Shown here: positions 12,601 to 24,200 of the stretch, in pieces
Position numbering within the stretch: the stretch's first letter is position 1
Layout: each line of letters starts with the position of its first letter
Assembly (NCBI GenBank): GCA_051294375.1
Contig: CM119266.1
Coordinates: 16,982,087 to 17,046,086 of the forward strand
Length of the DNA stretch: 64,000 nucleotides
Reading direction: 5' to 3'
Source: Paraspadella gotoi
Lineage: Eukaryota > Animalia > Chaetognatha
The notes under the pieces: model-generated
Database searches by the model: none
What the model saw: the letters and a program-made list of their open reading frames with translations, nothing else
What the model was told of the DNA's origin: nothing
Made by a program: the position numbers and the translations under genes

Positions 12601-15600
12601 ATAAAGGAAAAAAGAAGAAAAAAGAAATAACAAAATACGTAAATGAAAAGTATAATATATAAAGAATTACGAAAGAAATCTCGTTGCTCTAGTAATTAGT
12701 AAATATTAAGGATACAAAACTGTCCCATGCCCAGCTATCCCTTCAAAATAAAGTGCAACATAAAACTTCAGAAGATGAAAAGCGAATAGAAGGAACAAGT
12801 TTTCTTCTCTTTAATTTAAAGAAAAGTTTAAACTTTTTTGAAAAAGTTTTAACATATCAGCTACCCAATGGGGTCCCATTTTTTATAAAAATCATCCCAA
12901 ACTTAAATTTTTAAGGCGGATATAACGTAGAACGTTTTTTTTACGTAACTGAAGTGGGTCAATCTGATCACGATTTTCGATTTATCTAATAGCAAATCCC
13001 TCTTTTAGGTTTGTACAAGAAGAACGAGAGACTGGCCCGGGGTTCTGACACAACCTAGCGGAATGCACCGACTCCGAAACAGGACGTGGGTTGTGGCAAG
13101 TGAGTGAAGCATTGTGAAGAAAAAAAATGACATGCCTCTTAAGATATCATTGTCATGGTCGTATCAAATATATGGTAAATCATATAAAAAAAAAATAAAG
13201 ATAGTGATAAACGTTAAATTTTAAAATTATAATCAAAATATTTCCAATGCGAACTTCCTTTGCTCCGGAGCAGGGAGACGTTTGATCAAGCTCTGCGCGA
13301 CCCTCGCGGCGACATTCAGCCTCAAAATTTGTCGAAGGCTATCAAAACTTCGATTTTTCCTCGACCACGGTTTACGTCGATATGTCGGTCGTCGACCAAG
13401 ACGACGAATACGACGTCGATTTCGTCGACATCTGCAAAAATTGCGGCATTTCTTTGATCAGGTCGTTTGGAGTGATATGGATGTTAATAGATGCAGAGGA
13501 CATGGTGGAAAGTGTTAATGATTATTGTTCTTTTTATTTAAATTTCTTGTTTTCCTTCGAGATTTTCCTACTCAAAGACGCTTTGATTTCAAAGTGAGAT
13601 CATAATGGCATAATATATATTGTATGATTTAAATTTTATTTTTTTAATGTTCATATGATCGTTCAACCCCTTTAATTGTGCTAATCCTCTTTTTCCAATT
13701 GTTTTTTTCATAATAAATATAAAATAACATTATATTAATATTCAAACTATCGTTATAAATATATATTAATTAAAATAAAATATATAAATTCACATGCTTA
13801 CACTTCAATGCACATACATTTTGCGTCCAAACACGTCATAATTATTAATATATATAATTTAAGGCGTAAATAAAATTTATAAAATTAATTACGTTACGAG
13901 TTGCAATCAATCAATCAATCACTTTGTGATTTTGATTAAATTAAATTAATCCTTTACCTTGAAATTTATATTCTATCAAATCAATCACAAGTCGTAATAA
14001 TACATTAAATTAATCATTTTGATGTAATTTTATCCTTTTTATTTAATTAATTAATTAATAAATTTTATAATTAACAGCCAGGCGGTCACCAAATAACGAA
14101 TGACTTGCCCGCGGGTTCAATGAATCCTTGGTGTACGTATTTTAAGCACCACCCCCCATTTAAATCTCAAGGTGTCAATGCCGGAAAGCGGAGTCGCCTT
14201 CGAAGGCTCCCGCAACCTTCAAACAGGCCGCCGATGCCGTCGTTTTCAGAGCGACGACCGATTCGAAAGTTGCTACTCGGAGACCGTCGAGAAGCTCTTT
14301 CGTCGAGAGGTGTGTCTTTCCCTTTACGCTATTTTCCCTTTTTTTTTTTGGATCAGTTACAACAATACTTAAATTTTTCCTTAAATTGCAAATGATTTCC
14401 AAAATTCCCTCTTTTTTCTTATTTTTCCCTTTTTTTTTTCTCCCGTTTATTTGTTCGTAACAAAATGTCTCTATTGTATCTTATGTTGCATTATTATTAG
14501 TCCATTATCGTTGCATAATTAAATTCATTATCCCTGTATCTTTTCGTCAATCAATTTTTATTTCTTTTTTTTAACAATAAAAAAATTCATTATTTATTAT
14601 ATATATTACTTTTATCATTTTTCAAAAATAGAAACACATATTCTTTTACAGCAACCAGCCGAGTACCAAAGTTTCACCACGATTAAGGAAGAGTAACGCC
14701 AGACTTTGTTTCGACTCCGACTGCCCACAAAAGCAAAAAGTCTGGAACGCTACTCCCGCCATGATCACGATACAAAAACATATTTGGAAGCACAGGTGCC
14801 GATAACATTCCATTTGTCGATCTGTCGATGGAATTGTGCAAGTTGAAAGAAGTTTGAATGAAAAAAAAACCTTTTTTTTACTACTTATCTTTTCTCTTTT
14901 AAATGAAATGCGTCTGCAATATGCAAACTACAACACGGAAATAATAATTAGTATAACCAAAAAAATAGGCAAAAAGGTCAACAACAATTATATTGACAGG
15001 AAAACACTATATGGAAAGTGGGGGGAAAGAAAACAAGTTTACAAGATTTTTTTTTTGACACTGACTGTAGACGAATTTCCCGATAATCACGTGACTACAA
15101 AATTATGAAATATGACTCTAAATTGACTATAAATTCTTTAAAAACCCAACCAGACTTCGTCAAAGGGAAGCCGGTTTTGACGTCGCGAGCATCGTCGAGG
15201 GTCACAGATCCAGCTACGGCCCGGCGGGTCCTTTGAAACGGTTCGTTGTCCCTTCTCTCTGCGGCCGGCGCTGGGAATGCCGCCGAGGTGGCGCATCTCC
15301 TGGTTCACTTGGCCGTCCACCCGGACGTATCCGACAAGCACGGCCACACGGCGCTTATTGGCGCCGCGATCAACTGGTGCCTCGACGTCATCAACGTCTT
15401 CTCGATAATGGCGCGAACGTCAACAAGCTGAACAACGAGGGTATGTCGGCGCTGACGGCGTGCTTCGTCTTTCTTTACACTAAGGAAAACTACGTAACGA
15501 ATCTTGCGGACGATCCTAACGATCTCTTCGAGTGGGAAGAGTTTCCCGATACGACAGAGACCGAGAAGCCAGCTCCCGATCGGAGCGCCGCCGGCGCCTC

Positions 15601-18600
15601 TCATCCAAGCAGTTACCGGCGGCACATGAAGCTCAGGGCAGCACCACGAACCTCTCGACGGGCGCCGTGACTCAAAGCGTCCACTCGAGTCGAAAGCAAC
15701 TGGTGGACGGAGCGACGGCGGAATCGGTCGCAAACCGCAAACCGCCTCTCATCTTGTTGATCAAGTAATGTTGGAATAATATTTTTTAATAAACCCGAGA
15801 AAAAATTACAAAAGATACCCAAAAAAGTTATCAGAATTTGCCATTTAAATTTTTTAGGTAGCACAGGCGTTGTCAGCCAACGAGTTCGCAACGACGTCAT
15901 TGCGCGCGAGTCGTCGTGGATCGGCGTCGTCATCGACTCTAGAGGGCGTTATACGTTACCTGGCGACGACGAAAGCGGAGCGTCGGCAGATGGAGGCAGT
16001 CATTCAACTTCTACTGCGTCGAGGTGCTGATCCCAACGCCTCGTTGACGCCGCTGCCGCCGCTCGTTATTGCGATCAAGGCAGTCGACGTCGACGTCGTC
16101 GACCTGTTGCTGCAGAAGGGCGCGAACCCTAATATTGGCGTCAGAGAAGGGGGCTTGTTTCCTCTGCATCTCGCGTCCGGGACGTCGGGTAAGATTCATT
16201 ATAATTAATTACTGATCGAAGATTTAGTTGGTTAAAAGTGAATTAATGTTGATTGTCTAATTTAAAAAACAAAAAAAGTATCGATTACAGTGATCAATTC
16301 TGGCTTTCCGGCTTTCTCTTCAGGCGAGGCCGGCGTCTCTATTGTCCGCATGCTGTTGGCCCACGGCGCCAATCCCAACGTCTCTTCGGCAAGCGGCGAT
16401 TACTACCTCTCTCCGCCGCAACGGGAGGAGCGACGCGAGTTTCTATTGGCGCCGCACGAGGAGGGCGCAGAGTGGGAAGGTCCTTTGGTTGACGCCGGGA
16501 CTCGAAGTCGCGTTTCCGGACGAACGCCTCTACACGTAGCCTGTCAGCGCCGGGATGATCATTTCAACGTCGAAGCCGCTGTAAGATTATTGCTCCGCGC
16601 CGGCGCCGACCCTAACCTCATCGCAAATGGGCAAACGGCGCTTACACTGGCCATTGGCGCAGGAAACGACGCCGCCATTCGGACACTACTAGAGAATGGG
16701 GCGGATCCCGGCCAGCGTCTGACCCACTGCGTCGGTAACGCCCTTTGCGTCGCCGTGGACACTCAGTTCGAGAGCAGACGCACGCCGAGTCGTCGCATTG
16801 AACTTATCGACCGCCTGCTTCTTCACGGGGCGGATCCACTTCAGCTCGTGCCAATCGGCACAACGAAGCGTCAGGTATGGACGAAGCTGAGGGCCATGGA
16901 ATGCATTTGGGCCATTTTGAGGATGTTTAAATAACCATGAAAAATTCAATGAATTTAAATAACTCAAATATCGATTACCAAGCTTGAGACTAAAAATATC
17001 AAAAGAAGAATACTAGTTTGCTCTTTTGTTTTCAGTTGACGTGTTTCTATACTAATATAAATAGTAGGCCGGAACAGGTTGAAAACTAGAAGTTCTCTCA
17101 AATAAATAATGATAAAGTGACTGTTAAAGAATATGAAAATAAAAATAATTTTAAAAAATTATCTTATTAATAAGTGCACGGAAGCATTTAAAGATTATTT
17201 TATTACTATATATAGTTAAAAATTTTTTTTGAATTTTTCAATTTTTTTTAATGGATTCTGATAGAGCTTTAAAAGTTAGATAAAGGTTATTAATACAAAT
17301 TTTAAAAATTTTTTTGTTTTATTGATAAAAATTTTAAAAAACTAGAAAATTCAGCCAATGATGATGATGATGATGATTTTTTAACGTTTTTTCTGTTTTT
17401 AACCAATTTCTTGTCAAAATTTTAAAAAATTGTAGTACTAACTTTTATTTAACTTTTCAAGCTCTATAGGAATCCGTTCTTAAAAACTAACTTTTTTTAA
17501 AAAAATTTTTGTCATTTGTTATATATGTAGTCGGGCATTGCCTAGGTTCACCCCGCCTATAAGCATGACACCTTCAGTCCTGACCCGGTGGCTCATTGAG
17601 TAAAGCCATCAGCTCATGACCACTAGGTACCGGGTTCAATCCCAACCCGGTACCTACCCTGTGGGAAGCGTGAGGACGGCCGTAAGCCGCCTTGGGGGCG
17701 TGGCAACCCCTCAAGCCTGGTTCCAAGCCCAGGACCCGTTCCATGGCTACTAAAGGGGGTTATAGAAGTTACGGATAGTCATCTTCAGCCCACTTAGCGC
17801 CTTATCCACACTGGTGAGCCCATCCTGTCGAGCGTATTCCAACCTTCTGATTCCAGGCCCATGGACGTGCTGAAGATTGCTCCCCTCCCTCCACTGGAAG
17901 CAGTGCAGGGTGGGTTACAATCTGGGGGGCATGTAGTCGGGCATTGCCTAGGTTCACCCCGCCTATAAGCATGACACCTTCAGTCCTGACCCGGTGGCTC
18001 ATTGAGTAAAGCCATCAGCTCATGACCACTAGGTACCGGGTTCAATCCCAACCCGGTACCTACCCTGTGGGAAGCGTGAGGACGGCCGTAAGCCGCCTTG
18101 GGGGCGTGGCAACCCCTCAAGCCTGGTTCCAAGCCCAGGACCCGTTCCATGGCTACTAAAGGGGGTTATAGAAGTTACGGATAGTCATCTTCAGCCCACT
18201 TAGCGCCTTATCCACATATATTAATAAATATTTAAAAGCTTCAGTGCAACAACCCAATGAACTAATTCAAAAAGTTGCATTGAAAATCGATTTAGTAATA
18301 GAAGGAAAAAAGGAATTTTTTTGAGAGAATTAAAAGTTATAAAAAGTGTTCAATTTTGGCCCGCCTTAATAAATAGTGATAACTAAACTTCAGTCTGAAC
18401 TCTGAAGTATGTAAATACCGTTTACCTTTAACCGAATTTTAATTCAATATATCCTAAAAGGTTGGTACTGTAGTGGACTTCACACATTTCGTATACAACC
18501 AAGACAAACGGATCGCCCACATGCCCTACCACGCTCTCACGACGGCGGAGCGAGATACCTTCAATGCCCGAAAAGCGACATTGGCGCACCTCAGCTATAC

Positions 18601-19726
18601 CCTGCGTCGACGAGCCGTGGAAAAAATTGTGAGACAGCGCGACGCTGGCGAACGCCCGACGCTGCGCGATATCATTCCAGAGGTGCAAATTCGTCGATTT
18701 TTTTTTCTGTTTTTTTTTTTCTGAGACGGGCTTCTTGAACGGCGAATATCTACTTCTAGGAACGGTTTCAGTCCGCACTGCGCGGGGACGCTACCTCACC
18801 CAAAAAGGGAGTCAAAGGTACGAGCGGCGCAGCCGGCGGCGACGGGCTGGAGTTTAACGTCAATCTCGAAGCCCTGGACCCCGATTTGGTTGCCAAGGTC
18901 TTCGCAAGCGGAATCATGAAGTTCTGCTTTGAATGCGGCAAGTCTCAAAATGTCCGCCTCTCGCCCTGCGGCCGTTGCAAAGAAGTTTATTACTGCAGCA
19001 AGGCATGCAAGACAAAGGTTAAGTAGCTTCATTGGAATCTGCGGAACTAAAGAATAAAAAAATGATAAAAATCGAATATTCTATGTTTTAAAGTAATTTT
19101 TCTACCCCTTACGGTGAAAAAAAAAGGCTTGGAACGAGACCCATCGCGAAGAGTGCGTGGCCCTCGGAGGCGTGTCCGAGAGTCCGCCCGGCAGCCCCGT
19201 CAAATCCGCCAAGTTGGGGATGGGTGGCAAGGAGGACGGAAAGGATGATCCGAAAGGGGCGGTCAAGAAGGGAGATAAAAAAGGCGCCAAGTCGGCTGGC
19301 AAAGAAAAAGAAACAAAAGACGGCGGAAAGCCGGGCAGCGCGGCTGGCAGCAGAGCGCCGGGGACCGGAGGTAACAACGTCTTTAAACATTTTTATTACA
19401 GGATCTAAGAACGGTTAATGACGTTTTTCACCTATTTTCCGACAGAAAGGATTCTATTCTTGGCCAGATTTGACTTTCTCTACTTATCTCTTCTTCCCCA
19501 TTGTTCATCAGGTAAAGATGGTCAGTCTGGCGACGGAAAGCGAAAAGGCAAACCGACTTCCGAGTCGAAACGAATCCGCGACATGTTGGTCGACGTCGCC
19601 AGCCTTCGACCCGGGGCGAACCTCAACCTGAAATCCTTTGTCGACCCAAAGTCCGGCCTTGTAAGGTTTTATCGGATCGACGAGACAGGAAACCTCGTTA
19701 TCGTCGAAAACTACAGTTTTAACTAA
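614..19726 (+). CDS. ANKMY1: Ankyrin repeat and MYND domain-containing protein 1 (multi-exon; MORN repeats, ankyrin repeats, MYND finger)
   Basis: Phase-compatible exons 614-668, 880-935, 1601-1711, 1795-1905, 1994-2117 and 7713-7807, then 7988- (3' end unresolved). These give MORN repeats (WPDGATYEGEY, WRDGSQYEGEF, WPNGIVYSGNF) and GLYKKNERLGPG...QDVGLWQGERLIKLC. Ankyrin exons at ~15154-16873 (HTALIGAA, GRTPLHVAC, GQTALTLA). Exon from 18461 reads VGTVVDF...QDKRIAHMPYH. MYND finger [41 protein letters not shown] at ~18920-19156. Ends ENYSFN*. Apparent frameshifts near 15240 and 15400 are probably consensus errors. Confidence 0.92.
3043..6773 (-). CDS. Nested secreted perlecan-like (domain I/II-type) proteoglycan, ~1023 aa, two exons (6773-5748, 5088-3043)
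   Basis: Signal peptide MFRYEFFLLLILFSQF; acidic Ser-Gly site DDEDILEADSSSGAGD; SEA-like domain (AYFRFAL...FRYDASLADR); 2 LDLa; FN3 split by a phase-0 GT-AG intron (FLIK|GLKSSTRYKAALSAINGVG); ~230-aa Lys/Glu-rich linker; LDLa, Ig, 3 LDLa, Ig (CAAVGFPTPIVSWRRDWGH...DEGLYTCEAQN, perlecan-like). Confidence 0.85.
8840..8864. other. Assembly gap (25 N)
   Basis: Run of exactly 25 N between two copies of the same sequence. Confidence 0.98.
8865..12080 (-). pseudogene. Frameshifted partial second copy of the perlecan-like gene (likely artefactual)
   Basis: Same MFRYEFFLLLILFSQF start at 12080, followed by fragmented ORFs matching pieces of the 3043-6773 protein. Confidence 0.6.
8865..14119. repeat. 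Direct duplicate of ~3517-8839, probably a false duplication (unpolished long-read overlap)
   Basis: Collinear with the left copy through exons and introns. Differences are mostly 1-2 nt indels that frameshift the perlecan-like ORF and two ANKMY1 exons. Starts exactly at the N gap. Confidence 0.9.
17250..17478. mobile_element. AT-rich foldback/MITE-like element with ~60-bp imperfect inverted arms
   Basis: GGATTCTGATAGAGCTTTAAAAGTTAGATAAAGGTTATTAATACAAATTTT (~17253) is the near reverse complement of AAAAAATTGTAGTACTAACTTTTATTTAACTTTTCAAGCTCTATAGGAATCC (ending ~17475). Confidence 0.55.
17526..18216 (+). mobile_element. Intact TRIM (non-autonomous LTR retrotransposon) with tRNA-like Pol III promoter in its LTRs; Helenus-like
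   Basis: Two 285-bp LTRs, identical by eye (17526-17810, 17932-18216), each TG...CA. 121-bp interior with PBS TGGTGAGCCC at 17812 and a G-rich PPT (GGGGGG, 17924-17929). 4-bp TSD TATA on both flanks. A box TGGCTCATTGAG and B box GGTTCAATCC in each LTR. Confidence 0.92.
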
Positions 19727-20273
19727 TCAGAAAAGCAAAGCAAAATTTCAAACTTAAACTTTAAAGTTTAACCCTCAGCAACTGAACGAGTTCTCTGTGT
19801 TTACGTAGCCCGAATCCGATTCTCTCTATTGTATAAATGCAATGTTTAGTATATCAATTTAGTCCTCATGCTAATGGATTAATGCCATTAATGCTGTTAT
19901 GACTCAGTCATAGGGCATGGTTAAAGATTCATGGACGAGATTTATATATTCTTCTGCATGTTTTTAGCTGACTCTGTAACTGCATGTCCCAGTAGCGCTT
20001 TCAACGTCAACAAATTGGTCTCAAAGTATTAATTCTTATACTTCGTTAAAAATCTATGTTTGCCGCTCTGCTTTGAATAAGAAAATCTAATATAATTATT
20101 TTGTATTAATTTAATCATGCTTTATTTTGGTTATTTAAAGTTAAGAAAAAAATCTTGCTATTATGGCAACGAGCAGATATTTGACGCCCGTGGTGTTAGG
20201 CATCTTCCGATAGCTGGCGCTCAGGACTTAGGAACTGCAAATGACGGCATTATGGCAACGGGAGGATAGCCTG

Positions 20274-20390
20274 TGATACCTGTAGCAGCAAGACTTAAAG
20301 CTGCCTCACTGCTGTCCGTCCTCAGCCTCGTCTCAATGGCTGAGGACGGACAGCAGTGAGGCAGCTTTAAGTCTTGCTGCCACAGTATCA
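20274..20390. repeat. Perfect 43-bp inverted repeat (hairpin) with 10-nt loop
   Basis: GCAGCAAGACTTAAAGCTGCCTCACTGCTGTCCGTCCTCAGCC (20285-20327), loop TCGTCTCAAT, exact reverse complement at 20338-20380; pairing extends imperfectly to TGATAC/GTATCA. Confidence 0.95.
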
Positions 20391-20400
20391 TCATACTTAA

Positions 20401-20465
20401 CCAGGGTGACCGTGAGGGTAGAGAACCCGGAACTCATGGTTGGTAAGCGAATACTTAGCTGTCAA
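20401..20465 (-). mobile_element. Degenerate tRNA-derived SINE head
   Basis: Minus strand reads GACAGCTAAGTATTCGCTTACCAACCATGAGTTCCGGGTTCTCTACCC, with a B-box-like GGGTTC; a related GAACCCGGGAACTCA occurs at ~26393. Confidence 0.35.
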
Positions 20466-21292
20466 AGTTTTCACCGAGCTTTACGAGAGGCGTATTTTCG
20501 ATTCGCCACACCATCGTCATTCTTCCGAAAAATTTTCTGATTATCCCTTTTGAGCCTTGAGCTTTTCACGAACTTCGCCCCTATCAATGCAGTCATCATC
20601 CCTCTCCTGATTTGTTGCTGCTGCTGATTTGCTGTCGCTGATTACGCCACGGGCATCGGAAAGTAGCACCCGCCACCATAGCGGGGGAGGCCCAATGCAA
20701 CCCACCTCCTTGGCCTCTGGAGCGGGGGTGCGGGGGTACCTCAACGTAAAGCCTTGGAGCGGAGCAAAGCGAGGTGAAGTCGCACCCGAGAAATCTGCTG
20801 CGCTTGGAGTGCCAGTGGCAGGAGAGCTGCAGGTGAAAAAAGATAGGAATCCCATAGACTCACCCAGAAAGGAAATAAGAAGGGGTCGAGGGTGAAAAGG
20901 ATTGAAAAGAGAAGATTTTATAGTTAATGCTTCCCTTGCGTGAAAATGCGAGTTTTCTAGCCCCACTTCTTCACATTTTTTTATCATCTATGATAAACAT
21001 TTCGCTTTGCCTTGCTGATAAATCGTGTGAATATTAAAATAACCAAAACTGACATTTGTTTTCACGTTATTTATATCTTAATAGCTTAATATTTTCTTTT
21101 CTTCAAAATTTAAAATTTATTCTATTTATTATGAATAAATGAAATTTGTTTTTCCCGACGGAAATATTTTTATATAGATTTAAATCAAGATTCGGAAGGC
21201 TCGCAGCAATAATTCTGTAAGTTTATTTTATTAATTATCAAAGAATTAGAAACGGCATTTAACAAACGTCAGCGACCCTATTTGGCCTTAAC

Positions 21293-24200
21293 TTAGGCTT
21301 TTATTCCCCACGACATTAAGCACCCCCCGTGGCGATTGTCCGAGTCGTCCTTGTAGGGTGTCGTCCAAACATTGCTTTTGCTGCAAATCACGTCGGGAAG
21401 ACCGTCTCTGCCGCACTGGCCGCGATCACCGTTCGCTCGCCACTTGAAGCAAAACCGCATGTTTTTGAGCCACATTGGAGCGTTACCAGGCGTCTTCATC
21501 ATCCACGCGTACTCGCAACCTCCACCACGCCAGTCTGTGTCGTCCATGTAGCGGGCTGTACTTGAACCCACCTTGAAAATTGATTGGATTTTAATATAAA
21601 TATCTTCTAGAAAGCGGAAGTCGAAAAGTAGAAATAAAAAGATAAAAAAGTAGACGAAAACTTTATCACCCGCGCGCAATTAGTTCCATCCCGGCGTCCA
21701 CCGTTGCATTGACCAGCATCTCCCTGTGCGTGCCACTTGTGACACACTTCCACGTTGTTAAAATAAGAAGGAATGGGAACCTTGGGCTGGCCATAAATCT
21801 CCAATCGCCAGCTATACTGGCACCCCCCCGGCCGCAAATCAGTCTCATCCAGATATTCTCGCGTGAACTCGCCAAACTTTGAGCACAGCTTTCTCGGGAG
21901 TCCCCGTTGGTTTTGGGCGCACTGGTTTCCGTCGAGGAAGAGGCCAGACTGAGGGTTCCACTCAAAACACACCCGGACGTTCTCCTTAAACCAGTCGGGT
22001 ACATCCAGGTGAAACTCGATCTGGGTTCCTGGTTAACGGAAATGTGAGGAGTGGGAGGGAGGCCACGGAGGGCATGAAGAAGACAACAAGAGGCGGAATG
22101 TTCAAGATGATGTGCTGCAGTAACTTTATTTTGTGGATGTATTTCCAGATTATCACGTGTGTATGTAATATATATACAGCAACTAATTTACTATTAATGA
22201 TTTATTAAGTATATTTTAAATAGACCATCTTGACTGGTTATACAATTGTATTTTTATACAATCACGTTGACTTCAAGAATAAAACATATGTACATTAATT
22301 ATCTCATAGTATACAACATTTCTACTTATCATTATTGAAAGTTATAAAATCAGCCAAGATATGAACATCCAAAATATTAGCGAGACAGATCAATTGACCG
22401 ACCGACCGAAAAGTGACTTATTAAGTTGCTCCGCGAGTACTCGCGGCGCAAACCATCTGTTGCCAGTTAAAAAAAAAAGAAATGGAAAGAAGTGGAAAAA
22501 AATAAATATTTATCAAGATACTCACCAAATGATTTAAGAATATTGTGATCGGGTATAGGCTTTGCCAGTTGCGCCTCAACTTTGCTCATCCAAGAGTTGG
22601 TATCGGAGTTGGCGCCGTTTCGCGCCACCGTCGATTGGATCATCTTTTTCAGTCTCTGAAATATGACAAGCATTAGGAGTCGCGAGATTGAGAGGTTTAA
22701 TGAAGTATTACTCGTCGACGGTCTTTCAATAGATTGGGTTGATTTTCTATACAAAATAAATGCATTTCGAAAACGAGGTCGTTGTCGCCATCGTCAATGC
22801 GTCATGGGTCATTTACTTTCCTAAATCTGAGAACCGAGAAGCGATTAATTAAAATTAATGTTTTTTTGTTGTCTCTCCTAACTTTCTCGTTTGTGACAGT
22901 GATTCGGCGCCTGTTTTCTTCCGACGGTAAACAAAACGCCTTTTTATTTATGGCGGACGTCGATGAAGTCCGATGACACACTTAGTACATAAGAAGGAAA
23001 GATCATTTTCTCTTCGCATTAACGTCACCAAAACAAAGTACCTTAAGGGATAACACCTTCTTTGTTGTGAAAACTGGTAATCACTAATCAGCTTTGAATT
23101 CGAGAAGCTTTTATCACATTTTTCGTCACAAGAAAACATTTTTTTTTTGACAAAGATTTTAAGCCATTAGCGTAATCCAGTTTGTGCACGTGCTATGCGC
23201 AGACAGCTTGCAAGAAAAAAATTATGGAAAAAGAAACAAAAAGAGCGTGAGGAGAGCTAAAGAGACAGGTCATGATGGAAGAGTAAGGGAGGAAAAAATG
23301 AAAGTATAATTAACAATAAACCCATGGAAAAATGTGATTTTTTTTATCTTTGGGTAAAATTATTATATTTAAATGCTTAATAAAATCTGTAGGTAATAAT
23401 CTCTCATTATTGATTAATCAGTTTTTAGAATTAGACAATGCAGATACAATAAAAAAAAATAAAACTCTAAACTGATTAAAAATATTTTCGACGAGTTTCG
23501 GGGTTTTTTTTTTTTTAAGAAAGAGTAATAATTTGAAAAATCTTCAAAAAAAGAAAAATAAAAAACAATGGAAAACGAAACAATAATAAAAGAATTGTGT
23601 TGTGTGGGTCAAAAAAGAAAGGTTAAGTGGTGAGTTTTCGATCGACATATTTCGCTCGTCGTTGTCGTCGTTGTTTTTGTTGTCATGTTCAATTGGGCAG
23701 CAACAGCGCTGAGAAAGTCGTTTAACTCACCGTAAGGTAAGCCTTATCGAGATGCACTTGAACCGCGAGCTTCATAGAGGCTTTCTTCTCTTCGTCCTCG
23801 ATGAGTTCGTAGATCGGGACGAGATCGCCACGAAAGAGCCACGGGTCATCGATCACCGTCGGCATCCACTCTTTTATGCCGGCTTTGTCCAATAGGTTAG
23901 TGAATCCACCGAAATAACTGAAAAATATCTGTTACGTGTTATTTTTATTTATTTTTTGTTGTTGTTGTTGCAATAGTTTAAATTCATTCACCGCATTGTC
24001 TCTCTACTCATGTGTCGGAAATTGCCATCCACTCGCGTGTTGCTGACTCCGATGCCACCTTTGAGCTTGACCACTTCGCCGAAGAGCCCCTCGGCCTGTA
24101 GACCGACTCCGACGGTGTTGGAGGTCTCGAAGTACTCCCTTTCCGTTTCGACGCGCATCTTGAGCATTCCCCCGAAGATGGCATTCTTAAAGTAATGCGT

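Noticed and set aside
15230-15420. Programmed frameshifting or pseudogenisation of ANKMY1
   Set aside because: Single-base indels close to the error-rich contig end; downstream exons are intact.
17582-17655. A genuine tRNA gene
   Set aside because: A and B boxes are present, but there is no proper anticodon or acceptor stem or T-run terminator, and it lies inside an LTR.
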